This document shows, in pieces, positions 8,009 through 16,289 of a DNA stretch of 28,961 bases. The stretch is from positions 1 through 28,961 of the forward strand of contig JAJRTG010000081.1 in NCBI GenBank assembly GCA_024278395.1, written 5' to 3'. The DNA is from Fidelibacterota bacterium (GTDB lineage: Bacteria > Bipolaricaulota > Bipolaricaulia > UBA7950 > UBA9294). The notes below the pieces were generated by a model that ran no database searches, was not told the DNA's origin, and saw only the letters and a program-made list of their open reading frames with translations. A program made the translations under genes and the position numbers. How positions within the stretch are numbered: the stretch's first letter is position 1; every line of letters starts with the position of its first letter.

Positions 8009-10234
8009 CTACTTCCCCCCCTGGCACGGGAGCTTGCACGCCTCGCATGTGCCCGGCACCGCTCCCGGAAGAGGATCGCAGATATCCGTATTGGTGAGCC
8101 AGTAGGCGATGATCGCCTTGAGGGTCTCATAGTCGACCGTCTGACCGCCGGTGCGCGGGACAACTTCATCCTCAAGCCAGAAGGCGATCGCCCGCTGTAC
8201 CTGCTGGAAGGAGATCTTGTTCGACAGGTTGATGTCGATCGTGTCGTTGTCCACGTCCCAGCGCGAGATGGCGACGATCACCGAAAGGACGTCGGTCACA
8301 TCCACCGCCGTATCCCCGGTCACGGTCACGTTCTGACACGGGAGGGCGGAATCGACCACGCCGAACAGGTCGTTGGAGCTGACGTAGCAGGGGTTGTCCG
8401 CCGGCTGTTCGATCGCCTGCGCCTGCGGGACCTCCACCTGATAGATGATCGCCTTCGTCGTTCCCGCTGGAAGCTTGCTCGGGAAGACCCACTCCACCTT
8501 GGACGCCTTATAGGTGAACCCGGCATTGTCGATCGGAGTGACCTTCCAGCCGGTTGGGAGCTGCTCAGCGAGTCCAACGCCGTACAGATCCTGATCAGCG
8601 CTGATCTCCACCTTCACGGTGAACGTGTTCCCCGCCGGGTTGCCGTCCGGGCCGTAGTAGTTGAGGAGGACGTTGTTGCACGGAACCGGCGTGGCGATGG
8701 TGCGCACGGCGGTGATGTTCGCCTGCGGCACCGCCGGAAGCGGATTGTCGACCTCAGTGCAGGTGTACGCGTAGGCCGCCAGCTCCTTCATCGTCTCAAG
8801 ATCGATCGTCGCCCCCTGCGTCCACGGGACCGGCTCGTCATTGCGCCACATCTCGAGCGCCCGCTCCAGCTGGTTCGGGTCGATCTTCTGCGACAAGCGC
8901 AGGTCGATCGTGTCCTCGGTGTCATCCCCAACCCGCGGGACGAGGTGAGCTATCGCCGTCTTGATCGTCAATGCGTCCGTCACCTCGATGTCGCTGTCCC
9001 CCTCCACCGGGATGGAGAGTGATGGGGTCATCGCCTGGAACGTACCGGTAATCTTAAAGCAGGCGGGAAGCGTTGTTGCGATGAGCTGATCGCTCGTCGG
9101 CACGGTCACCTCGTAGGTGATAACCTTGGTCGTACCCGCCTTCACCTGATCGACGAACACCCACTGCACCGTAGCCCGCTTGAACGCGGCGCCGGCGTTT
9201 TCTATCGGCTTTATCTTCCACCCAACCGGGAGGTTCTCCTGCAACCCGACTCCGGCGAGGTCGGTCTCAGACTCGATCCGAACGACCACCTTGAACGTGC
9301 TTCCCGGCAGGGCGGCGACGGTTGAGATCGTCCGCGTCACCTTCACCGCCAGGGCGGATATATCGACGCTGCTCGACGTGCGCCCGGTCGCCCCGTCATT
9401 GTCGGTCACGCGAAGGGTGACGTTCTTAACCCCGCTCGTAGCGTAGGTGTGGGTGACAACGGGATCGGTGGTCTTCTGATCGAAGACCCCGTCGCCGTCG
9501 AAGTCCCATTCATAGCTGACGATCGACCCATCCGGATCGTGGGAAGCGCTGGCGTCGAACGTAACGGGCTCGTTGACGTGCGGCTTGTCCGGCGCGACGG
9601 AGAACGCGGCCACCGGCGGTTCGTTCGGGCTGCCGGAGATGATGATCGGATCGGTCAGATTGAGATCGATCTTCTGCGGAGCGGTCCGGTCACCGGAGAG
9701 GAACTTCACCGCAGTGATCCCGGAGGTGAACTGGGGATAGATGGTCAGCGAGAACTGATCACCAAGAGGCCCGAGGACCATCCCATCGGATTTCCCTTCA
9801 TCCCACGCCCAGGAAACCGTACCGGTCGGCGGGTTCAGCTCCCACGTCTCGCGGAAGTCGACCGGTCCGTCATCCTGCACCTCGAACCCGGCGCCGGCGG
9901 GGACCCCGGAAAGGGAGAACGTGACCGTTCCCGCCGTCCCGTTCGGCCCGCTCAAGAGGACAAACAGGGAGATCGCTCCGGTAGAGGTGTTCCGGTAGAG
10001 GAAGAGGACCGCAGTGTTCGCCTCCTCCAGTCCCGTGTTCGATTGGCTGTCGGTCAGGTTATAGAAACTGGCGGCGTCTCCTGGGCCGGCGAGGGGGAGA
10101 ATCTGTACCTTTTTATCCCCCTGACTGACCGTATAGTACCCTTCCCCTTGCGCGTAGACCGCCGCCTGAAAGATAAGTGCGACGAGTACCAGCAAGAGGG
10201 GAAGGCCATAAGGACCGACCTTAAGAAACTTCAT
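8009..10234 (-). CDS. Secreted PKD-domain protein with two tandem [beta-sandwich + dockerin-like] units and a Cys-rich tail (741 aa)
   Basis: AAGGAGG RBS before ATG 10234, signal peptide ending AVYA|Q, PKD (NEPPVAAF...YEWDFDGDG...HTY), internal duplication visible in the translation. Alternative in-frame start at 10333. Confidence 0.88.
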   Translation of the reverse strand: MKFLKVGPYGLPLLLVLVALIFQAAVYAQGEGYYTVSQGDKKVQILPLAGPGDAASFYNLTDSQSNTGLEEANTAVLFLYRNTSTGAISLFVLLSGPNGTAGTVTFSLSGVPAGAGFEVQDDGPVDFRETWELNPPTGTVSWAWDEGKSDGMVLGPLGDQFSLTIYPQFTSGITAVKFLSGDRTAPQKIDLNLTDPIIISGSPNEPPVAAFSVAPDKPHVNEPVTFDASASHDPDGSIVSYEWDFDGDGVFDQKTTDPVVTHTYATSGVKNVTLRVTDNDGATGRTSSSVDISALAVKVTRTISTVAALPGSTFKVVVRIESETDLAGVGLQENLPVGWKIKPIENAGAAFKRATVQWVFVDQVKAGTTKVITYEVTVPTSDQLIATTLPACFKITGTFQAMTPSLSIPVEGDSDIEVTDALTIKTAIAHLVPRVGDDTEDTIDLRLSQKIDPNQLERALEMWRNDEPVPWTQGATIDLETMKELAAYAYTCTEVDNPLPAVPQANITAVRTIATPVPCNNVLLNYYGPDGNPAGNTFTVKVEISADQDLYGVGLAEQLPTGWKVTPIDNAGFTYKASKVEWVFPSKLPAGTTKAIIYQVEVPQAQAIEQPADNPCYVSSNDLFGVVDSALPCQNVTVTGDTAVDVTDVLSVIVAISRWDVDNDTIDINLSNKISFQQVQRAIAFWLEDEVVPRTGGQTVDYETLKAIIAYWLTNTDICDPLPGAVPGTCEACKLPCQGGK

Positions 10235-10358
10235 TGCTACCTCCTTTATCCTTAGCATTCTCTGCGCAATTTTCTGTCTCATAAAAGAGTCCATACCCAC
10301 TCTATCATAAAATCCCGCTTTAGTCTGTAACATCGATCACGATCCTCCTTCCGGCGTC

Positions 10359-10988
10359 TCATAGGGTCACCGCGATCTGGTACAACGCCGTATCGATCGC
10401 CTGCTTGGCCGCCTCCAACGGGTCGGCGGTGAGTAGGGAGAGAAACGGCCGGTCCGTAGAGGTTGCCGAAGTGGCAAATTCAATGTCCCCTTTCGGGCTG
10501 AACACGGTGGCGAACAACCCGACAGTCGCCTCCTTCTGCAGACCAAGGAGGATCCCAAGCGGGCTTAAAAGAAGTTTAAGGGAGTTGTCGGCGAATGAGG
10601 TCGCTCCGAGCAGGAGGAGGGATCTCGCCGGCTGAAAAGAGAGCTGACTCTCCCACCGCACAATGCGGAAGATAATGATATGATCGACGTCAAGGGCGTT
10701 GGCGAGCCGTCGTATCCCTTCCACGGAGAGAGTATTACCGATGTAGGTGTTCGTCGCCCGCTGAGCCTGCATGAGTTCTCCCGTGGAGGAGACCCGCGCG
10801 CCGGTGATAATCGCACCGTGTTGCTGGGCGAAATTCTGGAGGAGCTCCAGATCCGCAGTCGGGACCGGTGCGGCAGCTTGCACGAAGATAGCGATCCTTC
10901 CCCGCTGTCCCATCACCGGCACAACGGCGCTCAGCAGGACTGCCCCCACTACTACCCACAAACTAATCCTGCGCACCTTCGTCAGCAT
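10359..10988 (-). CDS. Exported protein, possibly CsgG/LpoB-like alpha/beta fold
   Basis: Signal peptide (VVPVMG|Q). 'IRRLANALDVDHIIIFRIVRWE' resembles the helix-strand motif of CsgG/LpoB-type folds. The fold call is tentative. Confidence 0.6.
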   Translation of the reverse strand: MLTKVRRISLWVVVGAVLLSAVVPVMGQRGRIAIFVQAAAPVPTADLELLQNFAQQHGAIITGARVSSTGELMQAQRATNTYIGNTLSVEGIRRLANALDVDHIIIFRIVRWESQLSFQPARSLLLLGATSFADNSLKLLLSPLGILLGLQKEATVGLFATVFSPKGDIEFATSATSTDRPFLSLLTADPLEAAKQAIDTALYQIAVTL

Positions 10989-11040
10989 ACTCTCCCCACC
11001 ACCCGTTTAGATGTTATTTCTGTGCAGGGAGTCTAGCTAT

Positions 11041-11092
11041 GGAAAGACAAAACCGGAAGGAAGGGTGTCGAAGCTTCCCTCCGGGTTTGTCT
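11041..11092 (-). terminator. Rho-independent terminator downstream of rplM
   Basis: Minus strand CCGGAGGGAAG...CTTCCTTCCGG 11-bp stem (one G-U pair; 11084-11074/11063-11053) followed by TTTTGTCTTT. Confidence 0.8.
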
Positions 11093-11133
11093 ACAGGACC
11101 GCGGACAAATGTCCGCACAAGGTGCGCCCGCCG

Positions 11134-11577
11134 TTACAGAGAGAGCTCTGTAGGCTGCTGCGCAGTGTGGGGATGGGTCGGACCGGCGTATACCTTGAGC
11201 TTGCGCAGCATCCGGCGGCCGAGCTTCGTCTTCGGGAGCATGCGGCGGACCGCCTCCCGCACCGGCAGTGTCGGACGGCGTTCGATCAGCTTGCGGTACG
11301 GGATCTCCTTCAACCCGCCGATGTATCCGCTGTGCCGCTGGTAGAGCTTCTTATCCCACTTATCTCCCGTGAGGACCACCTTGTCGGCGTTGATCACGAT
11401 CACGTAGTCGCCGGTATCGACGTGTGGGGTGTAGATCGGCTTGTGCTTCCCCTGTAGGATTACCGCGATCTCGCTCGCCAGTCGGCCGAGTCTCTTGCCA
11501 TCGGCATTGACCACGTACCACTTGCGGTCCCAGGTCTTGCCTCTCTCTTCGTTCTTCGCCACGTATGTCCGCTGCAT
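11134..11577 (-). CDS. rplM: 50S ribosomal protein L13
   Basis: [78 protein letters not shown]. Confidence 0.98.
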   Translation of the reverse strand: MQRTYVAKNEERGKTWDRKWYVVNADGKRLGRLASEIAVILQGKHKPIYTPHVDTGDYVIVINADKVVLTGDKWDKKLYQRHSGYIGGLKEIPYRKLIERRPTLPVREAVRRMLPKTKLGRRMLRKLKVYAGPTHPHTAQQPTELSL

Positions 11578-11612
11578 CTTGTGCTCCTTGATGAATGTCC
11601 GATTGGAGCGTG

Positions 11613-11641
11613 ATTATAGCCGAGGGGCAATCACCTGTCAA
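11613..11641 (-). promoter_or_regulatory. Consensus sigma70 promoter of rplM
   Basis: TTGACA (11641-11636), 17-bp spacer, TATAAT (11618-11613). The -35 box contains the purA stop codon. Confidence 0.9.
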
Positions 11642-12900
11642 AGCAGGGAAATCGTGGCATCCGGCTCCGGCCCGACCGAAACGATACCGATCGGGACTCC
11701 GAGCTCGTCGGAGATGAACTCGAGGTAATCCCGCGCCGCCCGCGGGAGCCCGTCCGGCGACCGCACCGACCGCAGCTCCTCCCCCCAACCGGTGAGGGTT
11801 GTATAGACCGGCGTGCAGCGGGAGAGATCCTCGACGGAGAGCGGGAACCGGATCGTCTCCTCACCGTCGATCCGGTAGGCGCGACAGACTTTGATCTCGT
11901 CCAGGCCGGACAGGACGTCGAGCTTGGTGATCGCCAGCTCGGTCGGATCGTTCAAAGCGACGGCGTGACGCAGCCCGACGAGATCGAGCCAACCGCAGCG
12001 CCGCGGCCGTCCGGTCGTCACCCCGAACTCCCCGCCCATTTTCTGCAGCTTCTCTCCGAGTTCACCTCCGATCTCGGCCGGGAACGGGCCGGCGCCCACC
12101 CTGGTCGTGTACGCCTTGGCCACCCCGATCCTCCGCTCGATCCGCGGGTTGGGGACGCCAATCGCGCCGGGGAGCCCGGCGAACGTGGTCGAGGACGAGG
12201 TGACGTACGGGTAGGTGCCGAAATCGACGTCGAGCAGCGTTCCCTGCGCCCCCTCGAATAGGACCTCCTCCCCGCGGGAAAGCGCCGCGCGGATCGCACC
12301 GGCGGCGTCCCCGATGGACGGAAGGAACGGCGCCGCCACATCGATCAGCTCGGTCGCCATCTTCTCCGGGTCGAGGGCGGAGACCCCGGGAACACCCGGC
12401 CAGGCGCGCTTAAGAAGGTCGATTCGTTGCTCAAGCCGGGCCTGCAACCGGTCCGGGGCGAGGAGGTCGCCGGCGCGGATTCCGACCCGCGCCGCCCGAT
12501 CCCGGTAGGCGGGACCGATCCCGCGGCGGGTCGTCCCGATCGCCTTCCCGCTCCCTTCCAGCTCCTCGAGCAGGCGATGATAGGGGAGGATGAGGTGGGC
12601 GTTCTCCGCGATGATGATCTCCGGACGGGATCCCAGGTGGGCGGAGATCGCGTCGTACTCCTCCCGCAGCACCCGTATGTCGATCACCATCCCGCTCGCC
12701 AGGACGGAGACCGTCCCGGGGTAGAACGCCCCGGCCGGCACCTGATGGGTCCCGAACTTCACTCCCCGATCGATCACCGTGTGGCCGGCGTTCGGCCCGC
12801 CGTTGAACCGGACCACTATCGCCGCGTCGCGGGCGAGGAGGTGGGTGATCTTCCCCTTCCCCTCGTCCCCCCACTGCATCCCGAGGACCGCTGTCGCCAT
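11638..12900 (-). CDS. purA: Adenylosuccinate synthetase
   Basis: GMQWGDEGKGK, RFNGGPNAGHT, GTTRRGIGPAY, LFEGAQGTLLDVDFGTYPYVTSS, EFGVTTGRPRRCGWLD. Confidence 0.98.
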   Translation of the reverse strand: MATAVLGMQWGDEGKGKITHLLARDAAIVVRFNGGPNAGHTVIDRGVKFGTHQVPAGAFYPGTVSVLASGMVIDIRVLREEYDAISAHLGSRPEIIIAENAHLILPYHRLLEELEGSGKAIGTTRRGIGPAYRDRAARVGIRAGDLLAPDRLQARLEQRIDLLKRAWPGVPGVSALDPEKMATELIDVAAPFLPSIGDAAGAIRAALSRGEEVLFEGAQGTLLDVDFGTYPYVTSSSTTFAGLPGAIGVPNPRIERRIGVAKAYTTRVGAGPFPAEIGGELGEKLQKMGGEFGVTTGRPRRCGWLDLVGLRHAVALNDPTELAITKLDVLSGLDEIKVCRAYRIDGEETIRFPLSVEDLSRCTPVYTTLTGWGEELRSVRSPDGLPRAARDYLEFISDELGVPIGIVSVGPEPDATISLL

Positions 12901-15900
12901 CTAACCCTCCTTCACCCGTGCGAGGCAGAACTTCATCGGTGCCCCTTCGATCTCCACGGAACCCTCGTACTCGCACCCCGAAGACCCGCCCCGGCTCATC
13001 TCCGTCGCCAAGACCTCGGCGCGGACGAATTCCGCGTTTCGCTCGATGATCCCGCACAGCTCGGGATCGCCGTTGTAGGACAGCCTTATCCGGTCGGTGA
13101 CCTCGAACCCGGCCTCCTTGCGCAGGAGCTGGATGCGATGCACGAGCTCGCGCAGTAGCCCCCTCTCCCGCAGGGCGTCGTCGATCCGGGTATCGAGGAG
13201 GAGGCGCAGCCCGGGCTCGGCGGAGAGGACGAACCCCGCGGGAACCGCTTCGGAGAACTCGACGTCATCCGGGGTGATCTCGACCTCGGTCCCGCCCTCA
13301 AGCTCGGCCGTGACCGTCCCGGCGGCGAGCCGTGCTCGCAGGTCGTCCGGGTCCTGGGCCTCGATCCACTTCGCCGCCGCCGGAGCCGCCTTCCCCAGCC
13401 GCGGGCCGAGGGCGCGGAAGTTGGGAGCGGCGACCGCCTGCATGTGCGGGGCGAGATCGGGCACGAGGACCACGTTCTCCACGTTGAGCTCGGTCTTGAG
13501 CAGTCCCACCACCTCCGGTGGAAGCGCATTCTCCTCGGACGGCGTCTCCACGATCACCCGGGCAAGCGGCTGGCGCACCTTGACCTGGGCCTGATGGCGC
13601 GCCTGGTGACCGAGAGAGGCGATCCGGCGGGCGAGCGCCATCGCGTCCTCCAGCCGTTCGTCGATCAGCCCGGGGTCGGACTGCGGATAGCGGCACAGGT
13701 GCACGCTCTCCGGATCGGCGTCGGTCCGCAGGCGCAGGTAGATTGCCTCGGCGAGGAACGGGACGAACGGGGCGAGGAGCTTGGCCAGATCGATCAGAAC
13801 CCGATACAGAGTCGCATACGCCGCGATCTTGTCCGACCCCATCCCGCCCTTCCAGAACCGGCGCCGCGACGTGCGGATGTACCAGTTGGACAGCTCATCC
13901 ACGAATCTCTCCAGCGCGGCGGTGGCGCTCACCACGTCGTAGGAATCGAGCGCCGCGACCACCGCCCCGGCCGTGGAGGAGAGCCGGGACAGGATCCAAC
14001 GATCGAGCACCGTGGGAGCCCCCCCGCGGTCGCGCGCCGGGTCGAACCCGTCGATCGCGGCGTACAGCGCGAAGAAATCGTAGGAGTTGCGCAGGGTATC
14101 GAGGAACTTGTACAGCGGTTCCTTCACGTCCTCCTCCCCGAGACGCTTCGACTTCCACGGCGCGCTCGACGAATACAGGTACCAGCGCAGGGAATCGGCA
14201 CCGTAGCGGCCGATCAGGTCCCACGGATCGATCACGTTCCCCTTGCTCTTGCTCATCTTGATCCCGTTTTCGTCGAGGCCGAGGCCAGTGACGACGCAGT
14301 TTTTGAACGCGGGTTCGCCGTACAGGATCGTGCTCGTGGCAAGGAGCGTGTAGAACCATCCCCGCGTCTGATCAACTCCCTCGCAGATGAAGTCGGCCGG
14401 GAAGCTCCGCTTGAACTCCTCCTCGTTCTCGAACGGGTAGTGCCATTGGGCGGTGTGCATCGATCCGGAATCGAACCAGGTGTCGATCACGTTCGGGACC
14501 CGGTGCATCGTCCCCCCGCACTTCGGGCAGCGGAGCTCCACCCGGTCGATGTACGGCCGGTGCAGCTCGACCGTGCGCGCCAGCTCGGGATCGAGGGCCC
14601 GGGAGACGAGCTCGTCTCTGCTCCCGACGGATACTATTTCCCCGCACTCGTCGCAGGTCCACAGGTTGAGCGGGGTCCCCCAGTAGCGGTCGCGGGACAG
14701 GGCCCAGTCCTTCAGGTTGGCGAGGAAATCGCCGAGGCGTCCCTCCCCGACGTGCGGCGGATACCAGTTGATCTTGCGGTTGTTCTCGATCAGTTTGTCC
14801 TTGACCGCGGTCGTCCGCACGTACCAGGAGTCCATGGCGTAGTAGAGGAGCGGGGTGTTGCAGCGCCAGCAGAACGGGTAGTCGTGCTCGTACGGGGCGT
14901 AGCGGTAGAGGATCCCGCGCGATTCGAGATCGGCGATGATCTTCTGGTCGGCATCCTTGACGAACGTCCCGGCGCACAGCGGAAACTCCTCGGTGAACCT
15001 GCCGGCCAGGTCGACCGGATGAAAGAACGGAAGCCCCTTCTCCCGGCCGAGGTTGTAGTCGTCCTCCCCGAACGCGGGCGCGGTGTGGACGATCCCGGTC
15101 CCCTCCTCCATGTTCACGAAGTCAGCGGCGTGCACCCGGTAGGCGCGGGGATCATCTATCAGCCGGTACGGGGGGTCGTAGGCGAGCCCGACGAGGTCGG
15201 CCCCGGGAAACTCCCGCACCACTCTGTAGTCGCCGGTGAGCGCGCTTTCCACCAGCTCCTTGGCCAGGATCAGCCGCTCTCCGCCGATCTCCACCTCGAC
15301 GTACGCCGCATCCGGAGCGACCGCGAGCCCGACGTTCGCCGGCAGGGTCCACGGGGTCGTGGTCCAGGTGAGAAGCGAGGTCTTCCCCGCCCGCTCCTGC
15401 TTATACTCCGCATCGGCGTCGGAGACGATCCGCATCCGCACCGAGATCGACGGGTCCTCCACCCGCCGGTAGCCCTGCGCCACCTCGTGCGAGGAGAGCC
15501 CGGTCCCGCAGCGCGGGCAATAGGGAAGGACCTTGTGCCCCCGGTAGAGGAGCCCCTTCTCGTACATCCGGGAGAGCTCCCACCACACGGATTCGATGTA
15601 CTCGTCGGTGTAGGTGACGTAGGCGTTCTCGAGGTCGATCCAGAACCCCATCCGCTCGATCATCCGCTCCCACTCCGACTTGTACTTCCACACCGACTCT
15701 TTGCACTTCTCCACGAATTGCTCCACCCCGTAGGTCTCGATCTCCGGCTTGGAGTTCACCCCGATCTCGCGCTCCACCTCGAGCTCGACCGGGAGACCGT
15801 GCGTGTCCCACCCCCCCTTGCGCGGGACGTAGAACCCCTGCATCGTCTTGTAGCGGGGGAACAGGTCCTTGTACACCCGCGGCATCAGGTGGCCGAAGTG

Positions 15901-16065
15901 GGGCCTGCCGTTCGCCGTCGGCGGCCCCTCGTAGAACACGTAGCGCGGGCCGTCCTTGGTCGCGGAGAGCGACTTCTCGAACGTCTCGTTCTCCTTCCAG
16001 AACTTGAGGACCTCCTCCTCGCGGGAGATCGGATCCTTGGGCAACTTCTCAAATCGATTCATCAT
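12901..16065 (-). CDS. ileS: Isoleucine--tRNA ligase, type 2 (IleRS2)
   Basis: YEGPPTANGRPHFGH (HIGH motif), GWDTHGLPVE, WTTTPWTLP, DWALSRDRYWG, KMSKS. The C-terminal 'ELNVENV...RELVHRIQLLRKEAGFEVTDRI' extension marks type 2. Start is ATG 16065 or 16062, after AAGGAG. Confidence 0.97.
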   Translation of the reverse strand: MMNRFEKLPKDPISREEEVLKFWKENETFEKSLSATKDGPRYVFYEGPPTANGRPHFGHLMPRVYKDLFPRYKTMQGFYVPRKGGWDTHGLPVELEVEREIGVNSKPEIETYGVEQFVEKCKESVWKYKSEWERMIERMGFWIDLENAYVTYTDEYIESVWWELSRMYEKGLLYRGHKVLPYCPRCGTGLSSHEVAQGYRRVEDPSISVRMRIVSDADAEYKQERAGKTSLLTWTTTPWTLPANVGLAVAPDAAYVEVEIGGERLILAKELVESALTGDYRVVREFPGADLVGLAYDPPYRLIDDPRAYRVHAADFVNMEEGTGIVHTAPAFGEDDYNLGREKGLPFFHPVDLAGRFTEEFPLCAGTFVKDADQKIIADLESRGILYRYAPYEHDYPFCWRCNTPLLYYAMDSWYVRTTAVKDKLIENNRKINWYPPHVGEGRLGDFLANLKDWALSRDRYWGTPLNLWTCDECGEIVSVGSRDELVSRALDPELARTVELHRPYIDRVELRCPKCGGTMHRVPNVIDTWFDSGSMHTAQWHYPFENEEEFKRSFPADFICEGVDQTRGWFYTLLATSTILYGEPAFKNCVVTGLGLDENGIKMSKSKGNVIDPWDLIGRYGADSLRWYLYSSSAPWKSKRLGEEDVKEPLYKFLDTLRNSYDFFALYAAIDGFDPARDRGGAPTVLDRWILSRLSSTAGAVVAALDSYDVVSATAALERFVDELSNWYIRTSRRRFWKGGMGSDKIAAYATLYRVLIDLAKLLAPFVPFLAEAIYLRLRTDADPESVHLCRYPQSDPGLIDERLEDAMALARRIASLGHQARHQAQVKVRQPLARVIVETPSEENALPPEVVGLLKTELNVENVVLVPDLAPHMQAVAAPNFRALGPRLGKAAPAAAKWIEAQDPDDLRARLAAGTVTAELEGGTEVEITPDDVEFSEAVPAGFVLSAEPGLRLLLDTRIDDALRERGLLRELVHRIQLLRKEAGFEVTDRIRLSYNGDPELCGIIERNAEFVRAEVLATEMSRGGSSGCEYEGSVEIEGAPMKFCLARVKEG

Positions 16066-16130
16066 TCTCTCCTTACACAAAGAGCAATTGGCGAATGGAA
16101 ATTGTAACCGAAAACGCGATGAGACGCCCC

Positions 16131-16190
16131 TTACCGGGGCACGATAATGTAGATGAGAAGCGGTTGAAAGGCTCGGTCTTCCTTCAGCAT
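16131..16190 (-). CDS. Putative ileS leader peptide MLKEDRAFQPLLIYIIVPR
   Basis: 19-codon ORF between the predicted ileS promoter and the ileS start, with 3 Ile codons within 4 positions. Its stop lies in the loop of a GCCCC-GGTAA-GGGGC hairpin. Confidence 0.4.
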   Translation of the reverse strand: MLKEDRAFQPLLIYIIVPR

Positions 16191-16206
16191 CGCAAGATCA
16201 CCCTTC

Positions 16207-16235
16207 ATCTTAGCGCGAGAAAAAGGCCCCGTCAA
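16207..16235 (-). promoter_or_regulatory. sigma70 promoter of ileS-purA
   Basis: TTGACG (16235-16230), 17-bp spacer, TAAGAT (16212-16207). Confidence 0.75.
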
Positions 16236-16239
16236 GCGC

Positions 16240-16258
16240 GCAATTTTCGTATAATTGC
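16240..16258 (+). promoter_or_regulatory. -10 box (TATAAT 16250-16255) of the kinase gene, overlapped by the inverted repeat GCAATT-N7-AATTGC
   Basis: Perfect TATAAT 35 nt upstream of ATG 16290, but no consensus -35. The inverted repeat is read directly from the sequence. Confidence 0.45.
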
Positions 16259-16289
16259 ACTCGGCAACGCGAAGGAGGCGAGGTTCAGT

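Noticed and set aside
5769-8105. 778-aa plus-strand ORF antisense to the VWA/PKD gene
   Set aside because: Antisense shadow with Arg/Gly-rich composition and no recognisable domain.
5600-9510. Recurring DNA repeat CCGTCGAAGTCCCA as a possible CRISPR or tandem repeat
   Set aside because: Encodes the WDFDG motif of the PKD domains, with irregular kilobase spacing.
11011-11039. Promoter for the surface-protein operon (TAGCTA-17-TAACAT)
   Set aside because: Match too weak to report.
15890-15925. Mupirocin hyper-resistant IleRS2 signature
   Set aside because: The motif is HFGH, a canonical HXGH order, not the swapped variant associated with hyper-resistance.
13444-16107. 887-aa plus-strand ORF antisense to ileS
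   Set aside because: Shadow ORF of a GC-rich gene with strong codon bias. No motifs or RBS, and fully overlaps a bona fide IleRS.
16066-16206. T-box riboswitch upstream of ileS
   Set aside because: No T-box bulge consensus, AG/GNUG boxes or U-tailed terminator visible, and the leader is short.
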